From Callorhinchus milii (taxonomy: Eukaryota): a DNA stretch of 52,843 nucleotides. Shown in pieces: positions 21,126 through 36,040 of this stretch. The stretch covers positions 1-52,843 of the forward strand of contig NW_024705343.1 of the NCBI RefSeq assembly GCF_018977255.1. Reading direction: 5' to 3'. Each line of letters begins with the position of its first letter. Within the stretch, counting starts at the first letter, position 1. A program made the translations under genes and the position numbers. Under the pieces are notes generated by a model. It was not told where the DNA came from and made no database searches. It worked only from the letters and a program-made list of their open reading frames with translations.

Positions 21126-24100
21126 ATCCTAGAATTAAGCTTGGATACAAAGTCTTACTCCGTGGTCACTACATGATATACGAATACGCATTCGATAACT
21201 ACAACATAGTAAACGAGCTCGTAACACTAGTGCATTTATCGAGTCGGCTAGCTCCGGATATGAATTGGAGTTTACTTGGTTCGTCCGGAGCACAACTACA
21301 ATTGCTATCTTGCGAGGAAGCACGGCAGGGAAGGTTAACTCTATTAGGAGGAACTATGGGGGGCCTAAACCAAATCTGTGCGGCGCTTGGCACGGCGCAC
21401 CGAAGCAGTAAACACTAGTTGCGCACACACCCGACGGTAGGTCCATATGATACGTAGTGTCACTAACCAACGACACCCCACTTCCGAAATGCGAACAATA
21501 TGAGACGTCAATCACTATGCGCGACAACACTGCCACTCGTTTTTCTGTACCGTACATATCGAACATCAGTGGTAGCCGCCCCCTGCAGGGCGGAAGACAA
21601 GGGTGAATATTAGCAGGTGCTACATAATCAGCGCGAGGTGACGAGCCTGTACTGGTATCCGGAATAAATACCAGTGCGAGGAGCACCTAGGGCTAGGGCA
21701 ATCCATAAGGTATACATACTAGAATCGGTGTATATGACGCGACCGGCCGTAATATTGATTTCTGCCCATATAAACAGGATCATATCTATTGGCAGATAAG
21801 AGAGGCGGCGGGTCGGTCCATAGTTTTAACTGGCCTATTTGTACGTTGCTTACCTTAAATGATTTGGAGACTACGAACTTTGATTAGGGCAGTTTAGGTG
21901 GTGCCGATTGTACAAGAGTTGTTGTCATCAGTCCAACTCTGAATTCGGTTGGTATTTTCTCTCGAGAAGACCTTACAATGACGATACTCGTACGTTGATT
22001 TACCCTACACCTACCGATATGGCTAAAATTAGTCGTCCATTAAAAATCAGGATTCCTTCCGTGGAATTAAGCTTGTCCTGGCTGCATCTTGAACTACGTA
22101 GTTAAATCGTCACTCCTTTAGGTGAAATGGCTCAGCATAAGAATAATCAGCACACATCTGCACTGGTGCTCCCCCAGGGTTGATCCAATCGAGACTTTGA
22201 CTGCCCCGTAGCTCTCAAGGGTCCCTGACATGTAGAGGGCAGCCTTTGGTGATTACTTCAGCCGACTGTCAGACCGGGGTTAGCGGTAACTTAGCGTTTG
22301 AGTAGCTGATCGCTGGTTACCGGTAACGTGGTGTAAAGCATCATATCAGAAATGCTGGGTTAATCGTTTACGAGTGGAATGTTGCGAGCTAATTGTTGAC
22401 CCCCAGGAACATACCCAATATGCATCGTCTCAGGATGTTTCCTCAGTCGAGGGTGGTTCGGTATTATGTATAGGCCCGGCATTGTTAAGATCTCGGCAGT
22501 GGTCTACGGCGGCTACGCGTACTAGGCCTGATAGCCCTTAAAATAACTTAGGTGAAGGCCTAATTGCGGGTCTCTGCTGACCAACGGGAGACCAACGACG
22601 TGATCCAGCTTATCGCTCTATGTACGAGAATGCTTGTGTAACTCTTTTAATATGGAAAACCACCTACCCAGAGAATGCGGAAAGCAGCTATCCGGTCGCA
22701 CCCGGGCGTCAAGCCTCTAAGGAGAGCAAGCTGTATATCCTTAAGCCTATGCGGCGGCCATAACAAACGTGCGGGGAATCGAAACGTACGATTTAACTCC
22801 ACATGAGGGTGCTTGAACTTTGTTGGCTTTAATAGTTTCCCCGTGAATTCGCAGGTTATCCTAGACTAACTGGGCGTGGTTACGTTCTATTAAAAATAAA
22901 GTGAGTAGGTTATCGGGGCACTATTCGATCCCCTGGCTCATATTCGGTTAACTGCCGCGGCATAGCCAGGGGTAGACTCATATGTAGATTCAGTGTGTAA
23001 ATTTCTGTGGCAATAATATGCAGGAGAAGCGGGTATTACTGAAGGCGTTTTCAAATCCGCCCGTAGTCCTAAACAGCTGGATTCAGAATTTAGTACTAAA
23101 GCCCAGAGAGGGTGCGCAACTGCACGACGTTACAGAAACTGATTCTTCACTACTAAGCGATTATAACGCAGTTCGATGTGGTATTAAATTCAAAACGAAG
23201 GCTTGTGGTACTTCAAAAAGGACCCCAGCAAATTAAGGGGCGGTTGATCTACTCGCCCAGAAGGTATAACGTGTCAATGGAGGGAAGGTGGACGTACGTT
23301 GCAATCACGGGCCCACGGGGTGGAAAAATAGGTAGGACACCATAAACATCAAGGGCCACGCACCTCCCACATACGCGGTTCAACCCTTCAGTATTTGAAG
23401 AAATCCGAATTACTAGCAGTAGCGTAATCTGCGTGAGACGCTCGACGTTTGCAGAAAACTGGCGTCCTCCCATACTCCGAACAAGTTTATTTGGTGAGTA
23501 CTCAAAGATCAAGGTCGTTTCGTGTAATGATGTGCCACGGAAACATATTCGATTTGGCGTGGTTGAACAAGTATGGAACTGGTAGGGGCACGCAAAATTT
23601 TTGACTTTCACCGAGCATCTGGCCTTGCGCCACCTCGAGGCCGTGAAAAGATTCTGCCGAACTCACCCTTACATCATGTGGTTGAATGTTTGTAGGGGAG
23701 TCAACAATAGTCTTATCGGCCGCGTCTTTGACGATACGGTCACAGATAGCTGCACCTACACGATGCGAAGTCAGGACCATATACCGAACAAAGAGCCAAT
23801 ATCATAGACATTTCTGTGATAAATTAGGCCGACAGGGTTGAGCAAGAGTCGTGTTTATACTGGGTTCAGGAGTGCGTGGAGTCCGGGTCCCGGGGTTGTG
23901 ATACAAGTCCCCGGACTCTCTAAGGCTGTTAGGGTTTTCGCCGCCTCCTTCGTTACTTAGAACCCGAAATACTAGCAGGCAGGCTTCTTCGACACAAGTT
24001 AATGACAGGGGCTCCTACAGTCAACCTATAAACCCTTAACAACACTATGCTTTAAGGTCGATCTGTTACCGGGAAGTGAAAATCGTAGCACCAAAACACT

Positions 24101-27100
24101 CGCGGCTCGTCGTGGAAAGTGCCACTTACACTAGACATCGACACGACGGGAGTGGCACCGTCCAGTGCGCCGAAGGTAGAGCACTCATGCGAAAGATTCG
24201 CGCGCCTTTCGGACGTGGTTGTGCTCTGTCCAAGGAAGAGTCGTTCCGGACCGGCTACGTTATTTAAATACCTATAGCCCAAGGTCATGTAAAGGCTAGG
24301 ATGGTGTTTAGCAGCGAAAACTGACAAATTTTGGGATGGGATCTGTGTGTGCAGCTGCCGGGAGAACTTGAATCGGGTCGACAGTGCATACTGGGACATA
24401 CCCCTTCATAGTCGACAGTCCAGTCCAGGTATTCTTGGGTACTATCAACAGCAAATGGGTTTATGGCACTCGAGACTGGAGCGGCTCAAGTTATTACGCT
24501 AGGAGTATATACACCGTGTGCGTCCCAATCACGGTCGTTCGTCGGAACGATTAATGGCCCTCCCTACATGGAATGTAAGAACGACTTATACATAAACCCA
24601 AATTCGTACCGACTCAAATAGGAATACTGGCCGGGGCTCTGCTTGACTATTCCCAGCAGTTAATGAGAGGATACTGTCCTTGGATGTCTACGCCACTTGT
24701 GGAATTACTCCATGTCGCAGGAGCTGATGACCTCAGAACGGGAAAAGATGAGTCACTATCAATACTTGGGCAATTGTACAGGACTGAATCCGAGGTTGAA
24801 CTTCGGAGCTCGATGACTAAAAGGAAATATACCCTAGAATATGCTCGTGAGTCGAGAACAAGCTTCCAACGAGTTGATAGGATGGACCCTCCCCGGTTAA
24901 GGTCACGGTATGAACTCCCTACAAAAAACGATTCATTAGTAGCAGCGCACTTCTTGACTGTTTCGGGTCCGTCAGAAGCAGTATGCCTCAGGTTTACAGA
25001 TGATTTACGGATCTCGAGTACCCAAGATAATGGCATTGGACCTTTCAGACGTTAGTGTGGTTGGATGTGCGAACTGGCGTAGGCCTCAGCTTTTAAGGAA
25101 GCTGTAGATGAGGGTCACCAGCGAGGAGGGGCGTGGCCGGGATCTGGGCGGAGTGTGCAGGTGGCATTACCAAACAGGCGCTTGGCAAGTATAACCACCA
25201 TGCGCGGGTGTTGGAGCGACGTAAGCTAGGATGAGAGCCGAATCCAGTTAAGGCAGCCAAGGGTATTTTTTCATGCGTGTACCGGTTCTATCCACTGGAG
25301 GAAACCCCTAGGGGTTACCCGTCTAATGGCAAACGCAAACGCAGGGGCGAGTTAAGGGACGAAAAGCCAAGTTGCGCGGCCCAATAAGGGTAGTTAGGGG
25401 TACCACCCGAGACCGCTTGGGCTTCTATAAAACTTGCCTGACACGTCGCCTGGTGATGAGCAGTAACATCTTTAATGGGACCGCAGAGGGAATATCAACC
25501 CTGACCTAACGATCTGCGAGCGCTGCCTACCATGTTGCGATAGCGACTCAAGTTCGCTCGTAAAAATTAAAGACTGTTGCAAGAATTAAGGAGGTGAGCG
25601 GTCCTTAGGGATCCCGAACGGATCAGGATGAACCATCTGAGGCGGCTAAACCATATCGCGGTTCTCTTGGGCGTTCGGATGCAATCCGACCCGAATGCTT
25701 CTTTAGCTTACCTGGTTCGACGCTGTCCTGTCATTCTATAAAAGTTAACTAAAGTATCTCGTGTAGTGTGCACAAACCGACTCCTACAGCTGGCCGCATA
25801 GCTTTCGTGGTTTCTCTTGGCTGCGGACGACGGTCATCTAAAACGCAAAGGTTTCAAATCGGAGTATATCAAGTCATCCCCAATATCCAGCAAGGGATCC
25901 GGAAACCAGGTTGGATAATTTGGTCCTTCTCCTAAGCAGCAGGTTATGCGTACCCTCCCTACAGTAATTTCAGTAAGTAAGCTCGTAACCGAATGCAAAT
26001 ACGCCCCCGACTTACGACGCTGACGCATCCCTGGTAACATAAATGTTGGAGTGTGCTTACTCGTGATGGACAAGGCACCAAAGCTACTTTGAGGTTACGG
26101 GCTTACATATTGCTACGGCGGTTTGTGTAGGTCCAATGTAGCCTTTGAGGTTAGCGTGTGCGAGGGTAGTCCTTACCGTCTATGTGTATCATGAAGCGCC
26201 ACCTGCCAAGCCTAGGTTTCATGACGTCCGTGTCACCGGGCGATACAATGTTGGCCCCGGAGTTTAGGATCGCATGATGATCTGGTACAACATTTCAGGC
26301 TCAAATGCGTCATATTGAATTCGGACAACCTGAGTCAACCTGCGCAATTCACCCTTCGCTGGAGGGAATGCCGAAAAGAACTCCGGGTGAGTGATTTCAA
26401 CCGAGTCGTCGACACGGCGGAATCATTGGTATGGTAGGAGTGGATGTGTCGGTACCGCTTGCCCTACTAAACGTCTAATTACGAGCTCGTGATTCTTAGT
26501 AGTTAGTGCAGGAAACTTCAGCAGCGCGCTAGCCTAACGCGACCCTAGCAGGTGTGCATATATCTTACTCCAGAAGGTCTTTGACGGCCCACTAGGTCCT
26601 GTAGACTAAACATTACCGTGTGGGATACAGATAGGGATGAGAATGGGGTATGTGGATTTACGTCGTGAGTAGGTTCCATTGGACATGTAAGCCGTATCCG
26701 CCTCCACTCCTCGAAAGCAGCTCTCAACGACGGCCATGCCCCGTATAGTAGTTCAAGAATTGATGGTCGGTCTTGCGATGTTATTCCAAGAATTCGAGAT
26801 GATAAATGTCGTTTACGGAGCTGAATGCCTTTGCGCCGAAGGCGAGAGGCCAACACCTTGATTATCACGGTGGGAAGCGCACCGGTAGTGAGATGTTTGA
26901 GTTCGGGCATGATTCGGTCGGCTGTCTATAGAGACAATAGGGGGATAAAGACACTGTAACTCTCCCTAACGCCCTTCTTGCCTGTCGGATCAGCTTACGT
27001 AGACGCGCGATACTCACTGTAAATTAATAAAGGTAGACACCGGCATAAGGATACCCCAACCCGCGGCTCATTATACTCGACATCTCCATCTTGCCTGACA

Positions 27101-30100
27101 ATGGAATAGGACGCAACCTCCGATGCCGCTTAAGTTAACCAGACCGGATGGCAATGCACACTTTGGGCGCATGCTGGCACGACTCGACACGAGTTTGCGC
27201 CGAAGGGGCACGAAGCGCTGAGCCTTAAAAGTGACGGCTTTGAGACACCAACCCCAACTCACTCTCTGAAGGACACGGAGAGATAGCCATGGAAGGTTGC
27301 CATATCCCTAACGCCAAGAACGCGGATAAAAATGTTGGCTGTTAATTTATGAACCCATCACCAGTCGTAATGCGGGGATGCAATACGGAAAAGTGTTGTG
27401 AAAGGGATGAGAGCCAGCACCGACAATGACTACGTGCGTTGCACTAGATAAGAGTGCGCAAACCGCGCTAGCCCGTACGTGCGCTCGAGCCGATCAAACA
27501 CTTTACAGAGGTACCGCTAACGATAAGATTATAGCGTGCACCAATTGTCCTACAGGGGGTCGCCAATTATTCGCTAGTATACTAGCCGACAGTGCATAGA
27601 TCAGCACGATATACCAGCTACGACGGTCTATCCGCCGGATTCTCCAGCCTGTGCAAGAAGCACAATCAAATAAAGGTTTGCACTTCCTTTTGTTCCGTGC
27701 TGGAGGTGCTTACGACAATGAGCGTCCCGGAAACGGATACAATAGGATCGATTTCTTGTAAACATGTTGATTCATATAAACCTCTGTAACAAATCCTACG
27801 GTTGGAAATGTATAGGGCATGCGGACAGAAGGAGATTACCGGCGCCTTGAGGCTCGATGGATATTGTAAGTGCACTGTCCGATACGCCTTGGAATACACA
27901 CTGATTAGCCTCCCCGACTGCCGGGCTGTTCAGAGGTTTACGATCGTTCGGAAAACTATACGGCAGAGCACTCATGGTAGTAAACCTGGCAGTATTCTGT
28001 CTACACTGTACCGGGCTGTAAGGGGCCCGCAACCTGAGGACGCCTAGTAGTCCACCTATTTTAAATTCGCGTCCCGACGCATGTGTTGACGAAAAGGCAT
28101 CATCGCATGTAGTAGGCTAGTTATCGGGGCGCCGTTCATGCTGGCGGACTATGCCCGCCTAAATCCGGACGTTACCCGCTTTTGGCCGCTCGCGAGCGCT
28201 ACCCTTCCTCAGTACGGCGCCGCACCATTGAGCGAGGCCTAGGGCTTACGAGCACCAGTGAAGCCCATGGTAGCATTAATATGAAGCGCGCGCCTATCAC
28301 AAGTAAGACCAACTGGCGCTAAATCGAACCGGGGTTGTGGCATTCAGGTTAACACTAAAGACCTCCGCTATTATAAACCCTCAATTTTTTCTAAGCCTAG
28401 TCAGCCGATTATGCCGGTGGGCAATTATAGTGCGTATGCAATTTAACAGTACCCTACAGGTTCCGTGAACCGTACCCGAGCGGACTCATAACGAGGACTG
28501 GGCCAGCCTGACAAACTGGAAAAAAGGTAGGGCCGTAGTACTAGTCCATCCGACACGGCAAGATAATTTATACATTAGGGCGAGTTCCTCAGCTCCCGCG
28601 GGTAGTCCCATTTTTCTTGGGTTGCGTCCTGTCGAAGTTAGAAATGACAACTTAGGTGCAGAACAACCCTCTCCCGTAGTTTATAGACGATGCCAGTACA
28701 ATTTAGTACGCGCACGGGGGTGACTAGGTTCACGATTTGATCCACTGCGTAAAGCCACCCGGACCTAAGGCCTAGCAGCCCAAGTTGGATTATGTGCGCT
28801 AACCAACATTTAAGGACGCCACCATTGGACGAGTCTCTAATCGGTGGGCGTGTTCCTGGAGTAGACGACAATGTGACCACCTACTATGTAGACTCCGTCG
28901 GGAAAATGATCTCGCCCGGCGAGTAGTCTAGCGCGCAGCCTTTCCAACCCTTAAAAGTGCGACGTTACGGGCCTAGTTAGTGAGTGTTACTCGTGTCGTA
29001 GGACTCTGACTCCACAGCCTCAACCCTTGCTGTATCAGTGGGAGCGCCACGTACTCTACTGGGTTAGTAAAGTATAAGACCTACATCATGTCAACTTATA
29101 TCATTTATAGGGTGCCCTACAGGGCACGTGGGCCATAAACACCTAGTATTGTAGTGGTGCGTAATGCACTGCAAAGACCTGCACTCTGGGAGAACGCGTT
29201 GGCCGGACGTCACTCCTCGCTTCCCATCTTCCATACACATCGTGTGCGATGTAAACTGATTTCACAAAGTTTTACAGATGTTCGTAACGTACTGTAGGCT
29301 CAGGTCGAGGAGTGATCAAGCTCCTTTATTTATAAGGCATCTAAATTTTGTAACGGCCAATTCAAATTGCCTCGCAGGTATATATAACCCCGGATGACTG
29401 AACCTATCTTAAATTCCGACGGATTGAGTGCCCGGGGCCGTGAAAGGCATTTCTTTGCTCCCACGAAATCTGGCTCACTCTACACGGACTAGCCAAAGCG
29501 GTGCGGTGCTAGTCCTAAGGTCTCATCCCAATGTTCAGTCACGGCCGTAGGGCGTCCGCTTATGCCTTGTGCAACTCCAGATACGTTCCAGTGGCTCTGG
29601 TGTCCATGGTGTGGAGGGATGTTATCTGAATGATCTGATTACCGAGACTGCATTTGGCTCCTGCTGAATTAACACTCTCCAGGCCAGCGTATCATAGCCT
29701 AGATACGGCGTAGACACTAAGATGGTGCCAGTGTCATTGACGTGGGTTGTCCGGTAGGCAACGAGGTTCAGTGCCCTTTCAAAAGCGTGGGAGCCGGAGG
29801 AATAGCTTGACACCTTACAGAGAAGATTAGGCGCACCAAGAAAATGAGCGACTATACGTGTCCAGGCTTGTTAGCGAAGATACGGACGGTTATTGATCAG
29901 CGGTGGACACCCTATACAGTGTGTGCCCCTCTAGGGAGTACAAGAAACGGAAATCTTGGAGCCAGCAGCATGTACGTGCGGCGTTCGGCCCCATAAAAAC
30001 TGCACAGAAGATTGGTCGTTATTTCACCTCCCAGGGACAGAACTAATGCAGTAGACCCAACCGAAGCAAGCAAGGGCATTGTATTTCGTTCTGTGTCCTT

Positions 30101-33100
30101 GCAGGGCGTGGCTATCTGATGCTCAGACGTCATCGACGTCCAACGAGTAACGCTTGCGCAGCGAGGGCGTGTACAGGCACTTCCGTGCGGTCTGATGGCT
30201 CGATAGAGAGTCCTGCGGACAAACCTCATGTCACGTGACTCAGACCCCGAGTGTGAGTGCATCAACCGAGCGCGCGGGTAACCAACTTAGAGTGCCGGAA
30301 TTCGATGTGGCGGGAAGCAGCTCGTAGGACTTCCACTAGCTGAAGACGATCTCATGTCCCACACTCGGTGGGTCGGGCTAAACAAATTGCGGTGTCCACC
30401 ATGAGGCTTAGGATTGATGCTGGAAGATATATTGGTAAACATCGCCCGCATCATAGACGGGTCGTACCATCGGAGTTTAAAGACGATATCCTGTGGGGTC
30501 TCTTGCTTACCACCTACATAGTCGTATCCCACCATGAAATCATGAGCCATCAAGCAGCAGGGAGTACCAACTAACGTAGCAGAAACCAGTTTCCTGCGGT
30601 TGGTCTCTCCTTTCGGGAAATAGCGCCTGGAGCCTCTTTGGAAGGGACTACTTATCCCAGTCGGCCCGTCTTCACCGCTAAGCGCCCTGTCTGGTATAGG
30701 AAGCGGTCCCCTTTCCCATGGTAAGTCGATCTCGACGTGCAAAATCTCAACACCCTACCGCGATCGATGCGTCAGACGCACGTTGCGGTTGTGGCATTGC
30801 CGACCTTACCATAGGGATCAAGGTGGGCGCTCAGAATGGTCTTGGTCACACATGCCACACCAGGCAGTGCACCGGACCCGGATTCATTTGGGCGTCGAGA
30901 GAAAACGGCCACACCCTATCGATGTTGCATCCTCACATCGTAGAACCCAAAATGGCAGTACTAGCAAAGAATACCCAACCCGACTCTCAGGCGGACCACT
31001 GCCTTTCATGGCTTGGGTAGACTTGTCTCACGTGTACGACTAAACTGTCCCTACCTCTTTTGAGAGGCGGTTGTGAGAAATGAATTAGTTTGAAGCATTC
31101 GGCCGCCTTAAATCTGCAGTGTCATAATCCTCGTTGAATCAAGTGATTTACCGGCCAGCTGCGGGGGGTATCGTCATTTCGACCCTTCCTATTTCAAGTT
31201 AACACGCGTCGGAAAGAAACTCATATCGTATGCGCCTGAGCTGTGGCGGCTCACGATCGAGTTATAGGACTCGGTTGAATCAAATAGTCCGGTAGCCCTG
31301 TGCATGCAGCGCTACATTCCCTAACACACATAGAATACTCTTGGTAACTTGAAGCGAGACGTACTTCCTGCTAATTGCCTGGAACAGATTTGTGGATATT
31401 GTGGCGCCCGGAAAAAATTCCTTGAGGACGATCTTTGCTTGCACCGGACGAGCATGGTCCAGGTTTTGAATCCGATCGGATCAGGCTAAGCGAAGAAATC
31501 GGCGTAAGAATATTGAATGCACCTCTCGACAGGGCTTAAGGAAGCTCAACGTGGGCTCCTCACTATCGTCCAACATACGCACGTGGGTCTCTTGCGATAG
31601 AGTGCGGGGCGATTGTTGAACATAACAGCCGTTCCATAAACGTACAGAGTCCTCAGTGGCTAGGGGGTCTGTGATCTTAGCAAAAGATTTTGTCTCGATC
31701 AGAAACCGTGAAAACGGTTGCGTTGCAAGTTTCATCGGTGCCGGGGCAACAAAGAAGGCCGTAATCATGGGTAGTCGTCAGTTAGGTCCGCTCTGCTAGC
31801 TGTAGCGCCGTGTTCATAATATCTGCTGAATTAGGATATCTAGCCAGAAACGCACTGCTACTAAGATCGGGCAAGTTGGGCATTATAACTACACTACATC
31901 AGACCGGCGCCCCACAAAAAACAATACAAATGTAGGACCGCGTATGCGCACCAAGATTGTGCCACGAGCAGCATTTCAAAGGTCGCGGTTCTGGGGTGAT
32001 AGTGCATGCACATTTCGTCCGACCAGGCACCGTCAGATCGCGCTCCGATGTCGACTAAGGTCTGACTGGATACCATTTCACGGCCTCTACACTAAAAACC
32101 GAGCCCGGCTCGCCATAGCTTGTGACATATGAAGATAGGCAATAGGCCTGTCGCGTAGCAAATCGTACGATCTTAACCCGCTGGGACCAAGGAACGCTCT
32201 TAAATCGTACAATAGCCGTATTCCTAGTGTTTTTCCAAATCGGGATTGAATAGTGTGCGGTGCGGTGTCGGCGAACTGAAACTTTGCGACATAGTAACAC
32301 AGACCATAACAGTGATATACGCCACTTGAGCATCCCAAGTAACTGTGATTACGCCACACTCGACTGAGTTGGGTCGCCCACAAGTGGACGCGAAAGCGAT
32401 ATCGGATTGCCTAACTGGAGGACAATTGATTCGGGCCATAACGACTTTACATTCAATATGGGCTGCACTAAAACTTTACCTACTAATTATGTACCGGGAC
32501 GTATGTGCACGCTTTGTCCGCATATACGGCTTTTGGTCACGTGCGAGGCTATCGACGTATCGGTGGACTAGGGTTAGGGGAGAAACCGTAAAGTAACTCC
32601 CGATGACTCTGATTGTCGAGATTTAGTAGAACATCATACTGTTATTCTCTCGGCCGGTCATACTTGGGTAGCTCATCTAGCCCCTACCCGATCTCGGTTT
32701 GTACAAACAGCACTTACACTACCAGACCGCAGCGCGATGCGATCAGCCTATTCATATCGAGAGACATAGTGCTTCAGTATCTAAGTCCACTGGCGGCGGA
32801 GTAATAGTTTAATCACTCTCTTAAGTTCTAGTTCCCAAGGCGTGACGGACGAAGCGGCAAATAGCTAGAAGCGGCGGTTGATAGCCCCCTAACTGAATCT
32901 AGACGGGAAGGCTGTGAAAGGTCCGGGGACGAGGCGGACGTAATCTACAGGCGGAGATGTGCACAAATCAAGCAGGCCTAACGCCACAGTTCTAGTATGA
33001 GGGCATTATGGCTCTAGCGTGTGCTGAAATATGGAGAAATAACAAAAATGGCTTATGTGAGAGGATTCGAACCTGGTGCGAGTGGTATTTCCCCGGAAGA

Positions 33101-36040
33101 GTTGTACGCCGTACGAAACAGAGTAAATGGTCAGCAAAGAAGTCGTCGTAAAATGTTCTTGGGGTGGGAAAATCCACAAGCATGTGCTAGGGGACTGCCT
33201 TACCGGTGGTAGAAGCCATGGATTGAGGATGTATTTGACGGTCGGCATATGCGGTAGGACACCTCACTGCACGCAATTAACGCCGCAAAACCTACTAAAA
33301 AACAGCAAAGCTTGAGTCCGTAGTAAGGCGGCCTCTCAAGGTAATCAATTGTGACTGAAAGTACTACCTAAACTCTTAGACGACAGTTGGCGTCGTACTT
33401 TCCAAAAAATGGGAGGCAGAGGGACGCCCAGAACCGGCTCAACCGTAAGTCCTAAAGCCGGCACGGTGGCTCTTGGGTTCATCATTGGTCCAGTCAACAC
33501 AGTGGGATATAGGGTGGTTCATACTGATCGGCCTGTGTCGACGAGAGTTACAAGTGTTGACACCAGCCGTACAGGGGCATTGACCCCATAAAGAGTAGCT
33601 TCCTCGGGAAGGCACCCCAAGAATACGAGAAAAGAACGCCGACGTTTTTACTAAGTCAGTGGCGATCGTTTCCTATGGGAATATCATGGATACTTTCTCG
33701 CCTGGACCCCCCATCTATGAGGCTTTGCCATTTTTCTATGTCCCGAATAGCCTCCACGTCGCAACATGTAGTGCATAGAGATCTGTATCTAATCAGGGCC
33801 GCCCCGTCAATCAGCAAAACGTCTAGTGTCTAATCGGATAGCCTGCCTCTCTATGGCGCGTGTTGGTCGACGATGTGGCGACTTGGAAGTCTCACTACCC
33901 CCCTGAGGGATAAGATGACTGCCTGCCTCTAGTTAAGGACGTGCGTTTAGTGTCAAATTTTGCGGAACACCCAAGGCTGCGCCGGGTGGAGGTCGCGGCG
34001 TCATCGCACATCAGGGTGCACGACAGCTCCCTCGGATCTTACCGAAATGAGGCTCTGTTTTATTTGGATTGCATCTTCCCAAACGCGTAGTGCACATAAG
34101 CCAGCGGTTCTGACGTCCTTAGCACGTCAGTTGGTCTCTTGGTCCGAACTAAGGCACGCGTCTCGGTTCGGCGGACCGAACACGAAGCAAGAGATCGTCG
34201 GTAGATGCTGTCGTTCTCCATTGTAAACGAAGTCCAACAGCGGTTCGACGCATTGTAACCTTGGCAACTAAGTCCGTCACCCAACCCATAAAGGTGGAAT
34301 CTCATTTAATCCCATCCCGTCGAGCGCCGAGTTTGACCTGAAAAACAACCAGGCGTTCGCCGGAGAATCCCTACCTGAAGTGTTCATAATTAAGAATATA
34401 GTGCCCCGTTCGTATGTTTTATTCCGCCCTCGTAGTAAGGCTACAACTTGCGCTTATCAATACAGAAGGTCGAATGACTTTCTGGCGAATGGATCCCTCC
34501 AAGACCTATTGGGCAACACTCCTTTTCCAGCGGACCGATAGGGGACATAACTTCGAGGGTCTTTAGTGTAAACTAGACAATTGCAGTGTCCTTCAAAGCT
34601 AGTCTGTTCCAAGATGGAGTCTCTGAGGTGTCCGACCGCGACTTTGGTATTGGTTTACTCCACAATGCTGATCATCGCTTCCAAGGAAGGTTCGGGGGAC
34701 GCCCCCGTGTTCTAAGCTGGGAAATAATTGCCTAACAAGATTCGGTGCCCTACCAAGACTCGAACCTCCGCAGTCGTTTTTACAGTAAGAGGCGTACTCT
34801 TGGACTTGAACGTAGATAGGACTATGTCATTTGGGAATCGCTTTACGGGATATTTCTCTACTGAACGCTGCGAACAAGGAACCACCCAGCGCACCAATCG
34901 GAGTCACGAGCCATACACGGGGCACACTGACCTCCCAGGGGATCCCTAGGGTGTTTGGCTAGATAATGCGCGAGGGCTGACCTTTAAACAGGGCCTGACG
35001 TGCCCACGACCATTCACACTTCATGTCGCGTGTCTCATGAGTTCGTCTGATTAGAAAGGTAATTAGCTGTAGACGTGTGCGTCTAGGCTATTACACCGGC
35101 CCTCATATCTATTATTAATGTCGTACCGGACGCCTTATGCGGTTGCTTTACTTTTATTCCGTCACGACGAGTCCGACATGGTTACCAAATTTAGATGATT
35201 CTTAACCATGTCGCAGTCAGATAGCCCGCGATTTGATAGTCAAAATCTAGCCGTTGCGCAATACCCAAGCACTGATTGTACCTGTACTGGGCTAACCGCA
35301 ATACTCACTCACTCTGTAGTGGAAGCTAGGATTTCTGTAAGTTGGGCGGATACCCGATTGGTTATAGATGAGAGGTCCGTCCCTTCGTTCGCGAACGATG
35401 TTGCTTCCGAGCCAAGGCGATTTAGGCTACAACGGTAACCTCCTCGATACCGTAGCAAGAATCTAGATTTCAAGCCTCCAGGCTGTTGGTCACCCATGGT
35501 TGATCCAAACAACCCAGTACCCTGCCAGCGAACGAACGGTATCAATTTCTTATTTTTCACTAGACGCTTTCTTACTCACTCAGAAAACATGGTGGACAGG
35601 GTGTTGAACGAGAGCTTTACCCACTACGCGGATTGGAGTCTGACCGTCCACAGACCCTAATAGGTCCAAGCATAATAGTCCTAGCGAATCTGCGCTACTG
35701 TTCAAGTCGTGCAACAAGAATGGCACCCAGGGAGTCCTTCCCAGAATAACCTAGTCTCTTCACTCTTATGGAATCCTTCATCGGCATTAACCATTACGGT
35801 ATATAGAGCGTTAGCGGAGCGGGGAGTGAGAGGCCATTTGGGAGCATGGAAGATCGAACACTATATATATGTTTATGGTCTTATATTGTGAGAGTCCGTA
35901 ATAGAAGGCCATAGGCTGTTGTACTGGGCTTGGCAATACTGAATATTGTCGTCATACTGCATCTCGTGAAGCCCCGGATGATATCGTTTCCAATTGACTT
36001 ACGATATCGTAAGATTTGTGTGATAACCACCGTCTACTTC
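21126..36040. other. Featureless high-complexity block, unassigned (possibly scrambled or non-biological)
   Basis: No ORF above ~150 aa and no recognisable motif. No microsatellites or long homopolymers, roughly even base use, and abundant CpG/TpA, unlike both flanks. Boundaries approximate. Confidence 0.7.

Noticed and set aside
24166..27206. TGCGCCGAAGG seen three times (~24166, ~26832, ~27195) and other 11-13 bp matches
   Set aside because: Spacing is irregular with no extended similarity; compatible with chance in 15 kb after looking at many words.
21126..36040. Short ORFs (60-151 aa) in the featureless block
   Set aside because: Lengths are what chance gives, many start at non-ATG codons, and none shows a motif or coding bias.
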